DNA of 64,000 nt from Candidatus Poribacteria bacterium (GCA_965208325.1 OZ242326.1:512001-576000); one strand, 5' to 3'. Shown: positions 46,705 through 56,967, counted from the first letter of the stretch. Made by a program: numbers and translations. The notes: generated by a model not told the origin, from the letters alone.

Positions 46705-48423
46705 ATGCCCCGATTGGTATGCACAATACTCTGGGTTAGCCTTTTCATTGTCCGGATCGCATCTCTTTACGCCGAGGAGCCGCAAATAGACCAAGACGAG
46801 CATGTGGATGCTAAGGAGGAACAATTAGAGGCGGATTTACCGGATGTCATTCGGGCGAAAATAATTGATAAAACACGAATCGTACTTGAGCCGCGCAGGC
46901 GCTTTAGCGACCCATCAAAACCGAAATTGATTAGCGCAAAGGGAATATACGCTAAGGAGCGCCTATGGAATTTGTCTCCGGCTTCGATACCGCAAAAAGC
47001 TGTTGCACCGCAGGTGGCGCATTCAAAAACCCACGTCGTCAATTTCACGGCTTATCCAAGTTTCCCTGATTCGCTCTATTACCGTGCACTTTTTGGAGTA
47101 CACGCCAACCGATCACGGGGATTCCTTTACCTAGATGGTAAGCAGCTTGGTGACAAGCGTACAAGGCAACTGGGGGACTATAACTACAATAGTGTTCGAG
47201 GTGAGTTGAGTTATCAACACCTAAATAAGAGCGAAATTTCTCTTGATGTGGGTCTCGACCTCAAAAGCCTCAATTGGCGATCAGCACCAAACAATCAAGA
47301 GCGGGAAAAATTGCCGAAGGATTTTACATTCCTTAGTTCCGCGATAAGTTGGAAGCAACAGATTGGAGAATCGGCATGGGCGAGGCTTAATCTTGACGCG
47401 GAATCAATGCGTCTGACGCATGATGCGCCAGATCAACAGAATGATGGGACGGATCTTCGTTTCAATTGCGACGCAATGATTCCGCTGCCTTTTCAGAACC
47501 CGTTTCAGGCAGGTGATACGGTAGATGTAAATCCAATTCACATTGGTAGTGCCATTGAATACTACGCTATAAATACCCGAGGGGAACACGAGAATTGGTC
47601 GCCAATCATACGTTTATATGTACGAGATGAGTTTACGCTTTTTGGACCGTTTGCATTAAGCATGCGAGCGGAGGGGGTCAATTTTAGTGATCGGACTGAT
47701 AGCGGAGAAGATCTGACGCGATTACGTTTTGATCCCAGCCTTGCGGTTACGACCAACTTAGGTAGACGGTGGATTTTTCGTATACACGGTATGCGGACGA
47801 CGCACCAACCCAAATTGTCGTCACTTTATTTCGAAACGGATTATATCAGCTTTAATCCTTCTCTTCGACCCGAAAAGACTTGGGACGGTCGGGTAAAGTT
47901 GAAATACCATCAAGGCAGAAAATTAGTAATCGGTCTCTCAGGATTTGCAAGGCAGATTGATGATTTAGTAGTTCTTGAAAGAGTAACGGATAAACAGAGT
48001 CCGCTTGCGTGGGTGCCAGCCAACATTGAAGCTCAGATTTATGGCGGTAAACTCGATTTCTCAGCGCAAGCCACCAATCGGCTCGAGTTTCGATTGCAAT
48101 ACATTCATGAATTTCACCGCCCAAAGCAGGTAGAGAACATCAATTACAGACCCGAGGATTTAGTGAATTTAAGGGTTGAATATTATATTTCAGGCGATTT
48201 TCGATTTGAACTAGATGGAGAATTTAGCGGCGCTCGTTATGCTGAAAAAGATGAAACTTTGGATCACTATTTCTTGTTCAAACCAAGGCTGAGTAAAACC
48301 GTAGGGACATATATAGATACGTTCATCGGCTGCACATTCGCAATTGGCGAGTATGCCGTGCTCCATAAAGACCTTACATTCTCACAGAACACCGTCGATT
48401 TTGGCGTAGAATTGAGATTCTAA
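46705..48423 (+). CDS. Outer-membrane beta-barrel, TonB-dependent-receptor-like
   Basis: Signal peptide, amphipathic strands, NPSLRPEK motif, C-terminal GVELRF. Confidence 0.75.
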   Translation: MPRLVCTILWVSLFIVRIASLYAEEPQIDQDEHVDAKEEQLEADLPDVIRAKIIDKTRIVLEPRRRFSDPSKPKLISAKGIYAKERLWNLSPASIPQKAVAPQVAHSKTHVVNFTAYPSFPDSLYYRALFGVHANRSRGFLYLDGKQLGDKRTRQLGDYNYNSVRGELSYQHLNKSEISLDVGLDLKSLNWRSAPNNQEREKLPKDFTFLSSAISWKQQIGESAWARLNLDAESMRLTHDAPDQQNDGTDLRFNCDAMIPLPFQNPFQAGDTVDVNPIHIGSAIEYYAINTRGEHENWSPIIRLYVRDEFTLFGPFALSMRAEGVNFSDRTDSGEDLTRLRFDPSLAVTTNLGRRWIFRIHGMRTTHQPKLSSLYFETDYISFNPSLRPEKTWDGRVKLKYHQGRKLVIGLSGFARQIDDLVVLERVTDKQSPLAWVPANIEAQIYGGKLDFSAQATNRLEFRLQYIHEFHRPKQVENINYRPEDLVNLRVEYYISGDFRFELDGEFSGARYAEKDETLDHYFLFKPRLSKTVGTYIDTFIGCTFAIGEYAVLHKDLTFSQNTVDFGVELRF

Positions 48424-48733
48424 CGGGCAATGTGTTTTTTACCGCGAGAGCGTCCACAGTTTGTTTGAATGCAGATGGAATTGAGTTGAAAAGTTAGATT
48501 TAAAATACAGGTGTTACGCTGCAAGATGATTTTCTTTTGATAAATTGGGTGCAGATTAATTGATTTTTCATAAAAGCGGAATTTGAACAACTGTGAAGGG
48601 ATGTAAGATGGCAGAAATTCTTGTATGAAACGGAAGGCGTGACTGTTCACGCACTCAATTTTTTTTGGGGTATCCGAAGAAATAACGTGAACCGTCGCTG
48701 CACTGTATTTCATTTATCCGCTTCAATTTGTCT

Positions 48734-49420
48734 ATGGGTCAATTTGTTCATATTATTCTTTCGGGGTTAGGGCAATTAAGCGAGGGAGGCCTAATTTTAA
48801 TCCCACTAGTTGCCTTTTCGCTTTGTTCGCACACAATTATATTGGAACGCGCGTATCACTTGCGCCGCAAACGGATAATTCCTTCGCACTTTGTGACGCG
48901 TAGCATTTACAACGAGTTAGTCCAGGGCAATCCAGAAATAGCCATTAGGATGTGTGAGAAAAAACCGGGGCCCTTGACTAACATTCTTCGAGCAGGTTTA
49001 GAACATCGGGACGCGGAAGAAGAAACAATTAAACGGGCCATTCGAATCGCAACCAATACGGAGAAGCGTGTTTTAACACGATACCTTAACTTTTTGGGAC
49101 TGCTGGCTTCAGTGTCTCTTTATACGGGTTTGCTTGGCACGGTCGTCGGCATGATACACTCGTTCGGGGCATTATACGTTGGGAAACCAACTGATATTGC
49201 TGTTGGAATCTCACAGGCTCTACTAACCACCGCAGCGGGGTTGATTGTCGCATTGCCCGCTTATGTGGCGAATGATTATTTTCGAAGCAAGTTGCAGAAC
49301 TTCTTTATAGCGCTTGAGAGACACGGGCTGTCATTGGTTCGATTTCTTACTACGGAGGAATACAACCTATTTCAGGGCGAGTTTGAAGGCATTCGAGTAA
49401 TCGAGGAAAATGGTGGATGA
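48734..49420 (+). CDS. MotA/TolQ/ExbB proton-channel family protein
   Basis: IILER, GLLGTVVGMI.SF, GISQALLTTAAGLIVALPA. Start may be TTG 48728. Confidence 0.92.
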   Translation: MGQFVHIILSGLGQLSEGGLILIPLVAFSLCSHTIILERAYHLRRKRIIPSHFVTRSIYNELVQGNPEIAIRMCEKKPGPLTNILRAGLEHRDAEEETIKRAIRIATNTEKRVLTRYLNFLGLLASVSLYTGLLGTVVGMIHSFGALYVGKPTDIAVGISQALLTTAAGLIVALPAYVANDYFRSKLQNFFIALERHGLSLVRFLTTEEYNLFQGEFEGIRVIEENGG

Positions 49421-50316
49421 CCAATAGGCGCAGCGAAGTCGGGATGGCAGTATTTTTGACGATTGCCATTGTTGAGCATGTGATATTTATTCTTGTTTTG
49501 GCCACAGTTGTTTATACTGAACCAGTGCCAAAACCCGATCGTCCAGTTACAGTGGACATTATTCAAAATGTGCAACCGCAGGAAAAGCGGCTTTTGGATG
49601 AAAAACCAGTTGCGTCTATGCCTGTGCAACCTCAGGTGCAAGATGATTTACCCCCGATTCGCTTTACACATAACCGCCAAGAGTATCTACAACCTTCGGA
49701 CTCCAATGATAGATTGCCGGAAACGCACCAAAAACGGTTAGTCAATCCAAAATCTGCTCGGTTTTCTTTGGAGATTGCGCGTCCTCAAGGCAACAAGCGA
49801 GATTTAGTGGATAATTCGCCAAACGCTATCGTTCGCACAAAACCGCTTGTTAAAACGCCCGGGTATCATGGACCCGAACCCCGGGAACTACCAGAAACAA
49901 ATGGCGGGAAATTCACTCGAGGCACAAGGGAACAAAACTCCATTGGGCGGCTCCCCGCAAAGAGTTCGGTAAACACCCGTATCAGTCGTATCGCGGGCAG
50001 TGGCGAAGACGGAAATATCCGAATCTCTGGCGAAGTTGGCGGCAGAAAGTATCGCCTGCCTCCCGCCATTCAGACTGAAGGCAAGCAAGGTGGAAGCATT
50101 CAACTCAGTTTCAGAGTGAAACCTAATGGAACTGTTGATAGTAGCAGCGTGCGTATCGAATTTGGTCCTAAAACGACAGTCGGAGAAGTCCAATTAAAAA
50201 GAAAAGCAATACGATATCTCGTAGGAATTCGATTTGCAGCCCTTCCCAAAAACGTACGGCAAGTTAATCAATCAGGGGAACTATTCATCGAATTTTCAAC
50301 ACAATCAAGTCAATAG
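49417..50316 (+). CDS. TonB/TolA-like energy transducer
   Basis: N-terminal TM with His, Pro/polar linker, TonB_C-like end (G.IQLSFRVKPNGTV...RFAALP); ATGA overlap with the exbB-like gene. Confidence 0.7.
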   Translation: MTNRRSEVGMAVFLTIAIVEHVIFILVLATVVYTEPVPKPDRPVTVDIIQNVQPQEKRLLDEKPVASMPVQPQVQDDLPPIRFTHNRQEYLQPSDSNDRLPETHQKRLVNPKSARFSLEIARPQGNKRDLVDNSPNAIVRTKPLVKTPGYHGPEPRELPETNGGKFTRGTREQNSIGRLPAKSSVNTRISRIAGSGEDGNIRISGEVGGRKYRLPPAIQTEGKQGGSIQLSFRVKPNGTVDSSSVRIEFGPKTTVGEVQLKRKAIRYLVGIRFAALPKNVRQVNQSGELFIEFSTQSSQ

Positions 50317-50790
50317 GTTTTTCGTTTAGTCTTGTCATTCCTAAAATTGGCAGGAGATCGACAGCACTTTAATACAAAAAACATGAATCGTTACGCGTGC
50401 TTACGTGCTTTTTGATAATAGTTACATTTTGAATGGTACATCAATATTTCAGTCCACATTCCGATGCAACGCTGAAGACAAATTAATCGAAATTGTTTAT
50501 CAATCAGGATAATATATCTTTATAAATCTCGAATAATGGGAAATGGGCTTATACTATCCTGACCCATTGAATTGTCATTTAAAAGTTGAAAACCCATACC
50601 GCAATTTTTTCAATGTAATACCTGCTTCAACACTTTTTTATGTAGTGAAGATCGAGCGAATGTTCAGCGAGTGCGATAATTTCTGCGGCATAAGAAGATC
50701 ATTGCTTTCGTTATTCACTCGGTTGATTGCAAAGCGTCTAGAGTCTTAATTCCTCAATTTGTCAACTTTACACTAAAAAGGAGAAACAAA

Positions 50791-52173
50791 ATGAATCGCC
50801 TGAAAGTTCTTTGCCTTAATTTTGCACTTGCTGGCTTAGCTGTAATCATTGTTGGGTGCTCCGGCGGAATGAGCGGTATTGTACCCCTGAGTGCGAAAAT
50901 ACAAAACGCTGACCGCAAACTTGCGGAGGCGGAGCAACTTCAATTTAAAGGTGACACGAAAGAAGAAAAAACAACATTTGATGCAGAAAAGAAAGAACTT
51001 TACGATGATGCGCTTCGTCGATACTTGGAAATTATTGAGGCTGCACCGCAAGGAAAATATGCACAGCGGGCGCATTTCCAAGTAGCTGAAATTTACAAAA
51101 AACGTTATGATTGGGATAGTTCTGTACAACATTTTCAATCAATCGTAGATCTGTCCCCAACGGGTTATTATGCCAGCCGGGCGAAGAGCGGCATTGCTGA
51201 CATTCGCAAGAATCGTCGAATCATTCAGGAAAAACGTCGTATCTATCAAAACCGGCGCCTTCTCGAAGACGACGAAAGCCAAACTTTAGCTGCGAAAGCC
51301 TTGTATGATGTCGCGAAGGCTTATGAAACGATTGGCAATTATCCGGAGGCAGTTGAAAATTATGAGAAACTAATCGCTGAATTCTCTGAATATAAGTTGA
51401 CGCCTCAAGTGCAGTTCCAAATTGGCAACATCTATTTCTATAGGCTGCACGATTATTCAAACTCTGGCGGTTGGGGCGCATTTGTGAAGGTTATCGAAGC
51501 CTATCCCGAATCATTCGAGGCGCGCGAAGCAGAGACGCTTTTGAAAAAGTCCAGTCGAACCCTTACCCAGATAGCCCAAGAAATGGAGCTCATTGAGTCC
51601 TATAAAAATAAGAAGGCGTTTGACTATCGCGACACTGGCCGCTATGTACCATCTACTGAATTATGGAAGATGGGTTACTCCGACCATGCTGTCCAGGCTT
51701 ATCAGGAAGTCGCCCGTGGCTGGGAAAAAATGAGGAATTATACATTTGCAATCGCCGCTTACGACAAACTGGTAGAGTATATATCTCACAGAAAGTTTGC
51801 GGTTGCTGATGCATTATTTCAAACGGGGGTTTTGTACCAGAAAAACGGTGAGCTCGAACGGGCAATTGATGCATACCACCGGTTATTTGAAAAAGCGCCC
51901 GAATCAACCTGGCGCGCTGAAGCGGTATATAACCAAGCCGTCTGTTTTCAGTCTATCCGTGAGTTCAACGAAGCGTATAGGGGGTTCAAAGCTTACATGA
52001 GTCTCGGCGATGATGGTAAGTATTACCGCGAAGCGGAACAGCGTGTACGTCAGTTTGAACTTGATCAGGATGGAGATGGATATAAGTTCTACAAAGAACA
52101 GGAAGCCGGAACATCCGATCAAGACGCGGACGATTTTCCTGGGGCGCAACAGCCTGCGGCGAGCGGCATGTAA
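50791..52173 (+). CDS. TPR lipoprotein with C-terminal acidic DxDGDG (TSP3-like) motif
   Basis: AAGGAG RBS; lipobox IVGC; BamD-like TPRs; DQDGDG...E..AGTSDQDADDFP. Confidence 0.85.
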   Translation: MNRLKVLCLNFALAGLAVIIVGCSGGMSGIVPLSAKIQNADRKLAEAEQLQFKGDTKEEKTTFDAEKKELYDDALRRYLEIIEAAPQGKYAQRAHFQVAEIYKKRYDWDSSVQHFQSIVDLSPTGYYASRAKSGIADIRKNRRIIQEKRRIYQNRRLLEDDESQTLAAKALYDVAKAYETIGNYPEAVENYEKLIAEFSEYKLTPQVQFQIGNIYFYRLHDYSNSGGWGAFVKVIEAYPESFEAREAETLLKKSSRTLTQIAQEMELIESYKNKKAFDYRDTGRYVPSTELWKMGYSDHAVQAYQEVARGWEKMRNYTFAIAAYDKLVEYISHRKFAVADALFQTGVLYQKNGELERAIDAYHRLFEKAPESTWRAEAVYNQAVCFQSIREFNEAYRGFKAYMSLGDDGKYYREAEQRVRQFELDQDGDGYKFYKEQEAGTSDQDADDFPGAQQPAASGM

Positions 52174-52278
52174 CGGACATATTTACCTTCTCACGTCGAA
52201 CAACATGCGAGAGCCGGGACGCTTCGGCGCCGCTTAATGTTACGCCTTCCTTAGAATTGCAGCATCCATGGAGGCAAT

Positions 52279-53139
52279 TCAGATTAATAAATGCACCCGT
52301 GACCGATTCGCCGGTTGCAATTCCGCATTGATCAGCTTTCGGACGTGTTCTGAGGTATAACGCCTCGAAAAATGTGTCAAGATAATGTGTTCACTTTCAA
52401 TTGACTTCAACAATTTAGGAAGGGAGTCGAGATGAAAGTGCATTGTTTTCTTTGCATGTTCGCGATGTTCTGGCATCAGAAAGGTACACTCACAGATTAA
52501 AACTTGACACTGGTGGAGCAGGGGGTGGGAGGCTTGCGGAATGCTTTGCGTATCCCCTAAATAAGCGATTAGCGGTAATTCAATCTGATTCGAAACCTCT
52601 ACACCCGCTCTGCGCAATTGAGCAATCTCAATTCCCGGTAAACCGAGAAATTCAGGCTTCAACTTCTGCCGTGTTTCGCAAATCATGTATCCTACGGCTG
52701 GAACGCCGTGATCTGCAGGCAAGACATGTGCCACTAGGTTTCGGCGAAAAGGAATTATGTCGCCAACCTGCACCGCGGTAAGGTGGTAATCCCATTCCAT
52801 TCCACAATCTAACACAGCAATCTCATCCAAAATTCGCCTTAGCTGATCAACGCCCTCCGACGGAACGCAAATCATTCCGGGCGGAATTCCGGCAAGCCAC
52901 CGTTGGCTGACGTATATGGGCAAACCGAAATAGTGGTCTAGGTGAAAATGTGAAATAAATACATGACCGGTACCGATAAAATTCATCGGGCAGCGTCCCA
53001 AATCAAAGATTAAATCTAGCTCTCGTACTCGGAGATAGGTTGCGATAGCCGAACTTGATTCGCCTTCAATCGTTATTTTCCCGCAACGCAATAATGCCAT
53101 CCGATGAAAATTTTCCTTGAGTGTTTGTCTTCCATTCAA
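52279..53139 (-). CDS. Metallo-beta-lactamase hydrolase, tRNase Z (Thermotoga-type)-like
   Basis: SHFHLDH, short flexible arm KLKPEFLGLPGIEI, YLGDT, CECTF, THFSRRY. Start may be ATG 53100. Confidence 0.8.
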   Translation of the reverse strand: MNGRQTLKENFHRMALLRCGKITIEGESSSAIATYLRVRELDLIFDLGRCPMNFIGTGHVFISHFHLDHYFGLPIYVSQRWLAGIPPGMICVPSEGVDQLRRILDEIAVLDCGMEWDYHLTAVQVGDIIPFRRNLVAHVLPADHGVPAVGYMICETRQKLKPEFLGLPGIEIAQLRRAGVEVSNQIELPLIAYLGDTQSIPQASHPLLHQCQVLICECTFLMPEHREHAKKTMHFHLDSLPKLLKSIESEHIILTHFSRRYTSEHVRKLINAELQPANRSRVHLLI

Positions 53140-53161
53140 ACGGACAAATTTCTACTTAGCC

Positions 53162-54115
53162 TCATGCTAAAGCACCGCCGCACGACGATCCAGATCCGGC
53201 CGTGCATCCGAAACAGTGCGATCCGGTCATAATTCTCCGGTGGGCGAATAGTGAAGGTTTGAAGTCGCTAATATTTTGGGGGTAATCTTTCCCTACTGGA
53301 AGTTTAAGAGCTAAGTTAAAATCACAATCGTATAATCGCCCATCCCAACCGATACTAATCTGCCGCCGACACATTAGTCCGTCTATAGTAGCTAAGTTGA
53401 TGCTATCTCGTAGCAATTGATTGTAAGCTTCAATCTTATTTTCCCGTGTCAAATCGCTGCGAAAACGGCCTATGGGCATGTTGGCAATTGTCAGTAGGTT
53501 GGAAAATTCAACCCCATATTCTGATTTCAAATGCTGTTTGTAATCAGATTCGAGTTCAGATTGCTGCGGCGGAAGCGTCGGACCTACCGGGTTATAGACG
53601 AGATTCAAAGTAAGATGGGATTCCACCCCATATCCTAACCTATTTAGGAGTTTTAACGCTTGAATACTGTCCTCAAAAACACCAGTCCCGCGCTGCTGAT
53701 CGACGTTGTCTTCTAAGTAACAAGGTAAAGACGCGCAAAGTTGAACCTCTTGCTCTCGAAAAAAGTCCGGCACCGTTTCAAAACCTGGCTGAAGCAAAAT
53801 CGTGAGGTTCGTTCGCACCAACACGGGAAACCCTTTTCCCCGCAATTCCTTCACAAAGCGGCGAAAGTGCGGGTGCATCTCTGGCGCTCCGCCAGTGATA
53901 TCCACGAGTTTTGCGTGCGATTCCTCCGCAGCGGTTATCACGCATTTCATCGTCGCCCAATTCATCATCTCTTTCCGGCGTGGTGAAGACACTACGTGAC
54001 AGTGCGCGCATTCCAGGTTGCACTTGAGTCCGATATTCACCTGGATAGTCTCGACACACAAACTAGTCAATCCGTCTCCATTGTAACTTGAGATTGCCTT
54101 GTCAAACGTATTCAT
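53162..54115 (-). CDS. arsS: Radical SAM protein, ArsS/DUF3641 family
   Basis: QVNIGLKCNLECAHCHV (CxxxCxxC), DITGGAPE, ASLPCY, LMCR, YDCDFN, HCFGCTAGSGSSCGG. Confidence 0.85.
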   Translation of the reverse strand: MNTFDKAISSYNGDGLTSLCVETIQVNIGLKCNLECAHCHVVSSPRRKEMMNWATMKCVITAAEESHAKLVDITGGAPEMHPHFRRFVKELRGKGFPVLVRTNLTILLQPGFETVPDFFREQEVQLCASLPCYLEDNVDQQRGTGVFEDSIQALKLLNRLGYGVESHLTLNLVYNPVGPTLPPQQSELESDYKQHLKSEYGVEFSNLLTIANMPIGRFRSDLTRENKIEAYNQLLRDSINLATIDGLMCRRQISIGWDGRLYDCDFNLALKLPVGKDYPQNISDFKPSLFAHRRIMTGSHCFGCTAGSGSSCGGALA

Positions 54116-54366
54116 CGTTTTTTACCTTCTTGATGTGTTGAAAACCAATTGAAAATACGTTAGCGATTTGTTAGAATACGCTCCCTGTCGCGCCAAGCAT
54201 CAAAGAATTTTTTTCAAGCGAATAGTATTCCTGCTTGCAAAGAACATATCGCAAACTTAGGAAATTGATAGAATCACATGATTAACTAATGCCGTTTATG
54301 TTCCTTATGGTTAATACTATCGAATAATTCCAAACTGAATCAAGGCTTAATAAAATTGGAGGACTC

Positions 54367-55230
54367 ATGAGCGTTAAAATTGGAATAATTGGCGGTTCAG
54401 GATTTTATCAGATGGAAGGTTTAACAGACATTGAAAATATTGACGTGGATACACCTTTTGGACAACCCAGCGATTCGCTGACTGTGGGCGCGATTGAAGG
54501 AAAACGCGTCGTTTTTCTGCCCCGTCACGGTGTGGGACATCGACTTCTCCCGTCCGAGATTCCTGTGCGCGCTAACATCTACGCTTTAAAGAGTTTAGGA
54601 GTGGAGTGGATTATCTCTGTGAGCGCAGTAGGTAGCCTCAAGGCTGAAATTGAGCCACGCCACTTTGTTATTCCTGACCAACTGTATGATCACACAAAAA
54701 ATCGAGTTAACACCTTCTTTGGTGAAGGCATTTCCGCCCACGTCAGTCTTGCCCAACCATTTTGCCACATCTGCAGCCAATTCTTGTATCAAAGCACAAC
54801 TGAAATTGATGCGACTGTGCACATGGGCGGCACATATATCTGCATGGAAGGTCCATCCTTTTCGACACAGGCCGAATCGAATGTCTATCGACAACTTGGA
54901 TTCGACGTAATCGGTATGACGGCGGCACCGGAAGCGAAACTTGCCCGGGAAGCAGAAATTTGCTATGCACTTCTTGCTTGTTCAACTGACTACGACTGTT
55001 GGCATACAGAACACGATTTCGTCACCGCAGAAATGATTTTTGACAATCTAGCCGCGAATGTAGACGTGGCGAAGCGCGTTGTCAAGTCCTTAATTCCCAA
55101 GATTCCCGACAAACGTGAAGAGTGTATTTGCTCAAACGCTATTGAAAAATCAATTGCAACCAACCCATCAGTTATGCCGGAAGCCACCAAGCGGAAACTC
55201 CGCCTGCTGGTCGGCAAATATCTGAAGTGA
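54367..55230 (+). CDS. mtnP: S-methyl-5'-thioadenosine phosphorylase
   Basis: GIIGGSG, TPFG.PS, RHG.GH, EGPSFST, IGMT..PEAKLAREA, TDYDCW; GGAGG RBS. Confidence 0.94.
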   Translation: MSVKIGIIGGSGFYQMEGLTDIENIDVDTPFGQPSDSLTVGAIEGKRVVFLPRHGVGHRLLPSEIPVRANIYALKSLGVEWIISVSAVGSLKAEIEPRHFVIPDQLYDHTKNRVNTFFGEGISAHVSLAQPFCHICSQFLYQSTTEIDATVHMGGTYICMEGPSFSTQAESNVYRQLGFDVIGMTAAPEAKLAREAEICYALLACSTDYDCWHTEHDFVTAEMIFDNLAANVDVAKRVVKSLIPKIPDKREECICSNAIEKSIATNPSVMPEATKRKLRLLVGKYLK

Positions 55231-55287
55231 TGTGCTTTCAATTTGCAAGATTGAATGTTAGAGGGGTACAACTTGCGCCCTCTATTC

Positions 55288-56967
55288 CTACTCCCGTGTC
55301 AAAATAATCGTATCAATCCGACGGTTTTTATCTCTGCCAGCTTTATTTTCGTTGCTCTCAATTGGAAATTCTTCGCCTAAACCTATTGATGATATTCTTT
55401 CACTAGGCACCCCACCATCTTCGGACAAAAATTTTGCAAAGATTGTAGCTCGATCTTCCGTCAACTTGAGATTGATGTCGGTTTTTCCAACGTCATCGCT
55501 GTGTGCTTCTACTTGCACAGGGAAGTGGGCAAATGAATGGAGAATCTCAGCCAATTTAAGAAGCATTGGCAAATATTGTGGATTGATTTCCGTGCTTCCC
55601 GTCTCGAAGATATTCCCGTTAAAACGCACAAGCACTCCTTTTTCCATTTTTTTGGTGTCTGCTGCGGAAATTTCTTTTGTTGATTTAAGAATGTTTGTTT
55701 CAACGGCTTCAATCTGCTTGGCTTTTGCGATGGCATTGGTTAACGTCTCTAAGCTTTGATTGCCTAAGGTAATGGCGCGTACATAATTAGCGTTAGACAA
55801 AGCGGCTTTGGCTTGTGCAATCAGTTCAACCGCCTTTTTGTACGATTTGGAAGCAAGGTTTGGAGTTTCCGTTACCCTTGTTTGGTCAATGCTTTCCTCC
55901 GCCTTAAATATTGTGTCTTTGGCTTCGGCAATTTTTTCCTCCATTGCTTCTTTAGCAGATTGCGCGCGATCTATAGCTTCGGCGGCAGTATACGCTTCAT
56001 GTCCAACACTTTCCGCCTGTGCAGCCAACTGCAACGCCTCTTTATACTCTTCCGTTTTCAATGCGAGATTCGCTCGTTCAAGCGTTGTTTGCGCTCGATT
56101 AAAAAGCGTCTGAGCGTGTACAAACGCATTGACACTTTCTGCCTTGTCTATCTCAATTTGTGCACGAGCTATAGCGACTCTTGCGTCTGCGTAGTCTTCG
56201 AGCTTCATTAATCCTGCGGCCTGTGTTCCCACGCGCGCAGCAGTTCGAGAATCTTTTGCATGCTCCCCAGCTTTTACAGCCGCTGCTTTGGCTTCATCGA
56301 ACTTCTCTTGTACCAACAATGAAAGTGCTTGATTGATGAGGTTCTCAGCGGCTTGAAAACTATCACCATCAAAGTTTAGCGCTCCTTCAGCCCTAGCGGA
56401 ATCAAGCACAAGCTGCGCTTTTCCAATCGCCAATTGTGTTTGTGCGTTGAGTCGGGCGTTCTTCGCGTCGCGCCTCGCTGTGCCGGCTTCAGCTTGGGCG
56501 ATTGCCATGCGCTGTTCAGCATTTTCGGCTCTGAAAACGGCACGCCTCTCACGTCCTTCAGCCATTGTCCGCAGAGTTTGTGCCGTCTGAACTTTGTACT
56601 CCAATTCTTGAGCTAATGCCTTCAACATATCCTCGCGAATCTGACTTAATCGCTTTTGCGCAATTTTCTGGCGTGTTACCGCGCCAGCTACCCGTGCTTC
56701 TGTCTGAGCTTGAAATGCTAATTCTAAACTCTGTACACTGCTGCCTTCCTGCCGAGCCTGCTTCGAATCCTCAAATAATTTTACCGCATTAGCAAACATT
56801 TCGCGTGCATATTCTTCAGCTCCCAAATGTCGTGTGTCAGTAATGAAACTCTGCGCATCATTTAAACTCATGTCTAGCAGGGCCGGATCGATTTTTTCCG
56901 CACAGCCGATTCCTCCCCCCAAAATTGCGATAAAAATATGCAACCATAATATCCCTTTCGATTGCAT
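55288..56967 (-). CDS. Lipoprotein with multiple DUF4398-like helical repeats and C-terminal OmpA peptidoglycan-binding domain
   Basis: Lipobox GIGC; Ala/Glu/Lys helical repeats; F.TGS...HSDDVG..NLKLTEDRA...NRRID. Confidence 0.85.
   Translation of the reverse strand: MQSKGILWLHIFIAILGGGIGCAEKIDPALLDMSLNDAQSFITDTRHLGAEEYAREMFANAVKLFEDSKQARQEGSSVQSLELAFQAQTEARVAGAVTRQKIAQKRLSQIREDMLKALAQELEYKVQTAQTLRTMAEGRERRAVFRAENAEQRMAIAQAEAGTARRDAKNARLNAQTQLAIGKAQLVLDSARAEGALNFDGDSFQAAENLINQALSLLVQEKFDEAKAAAVKAGEHAKDSRTAARVGTQAAGLMKLEDYADARVAIARAQIEIDKAESVNAFVHAQTLFNRAQTTLERANLALKTEEYKEALQLAAQAESVGHEAYTAAEAIDRAQSAKEAMEEKIAEAKDTIFKAEESIDQTRVTETPNLASKSYKKAVELIAQAKAALSNANYVRAITLGNQSLETLTNAIAKAKQIEAVETNILKSTKEISAADTKKMEKGVLVRFNGNIFETGSTEINPQYLPMLLKLAEILHSFAHFPVQVEAHSDDVGKTDINLKLTEDRATIFAKFLSEDGGVPSERISSIGLGEEFPIESNENKAGRDKNRRIDTIILTRE

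Noticed and set aside
48420..48713. 97-aa minus ORF, and search for a hidden exbD here or in 50317-50790
   Set aside because: AT-rich, no TM-Asp ExbD motif among the listed ORFs; treated as intergenic.
53162..54115. Selenocysteine recoding in the ArsS-like gene
   Set aside because: The radical SAM motif is all Cys and the ORF has no internal TGA.
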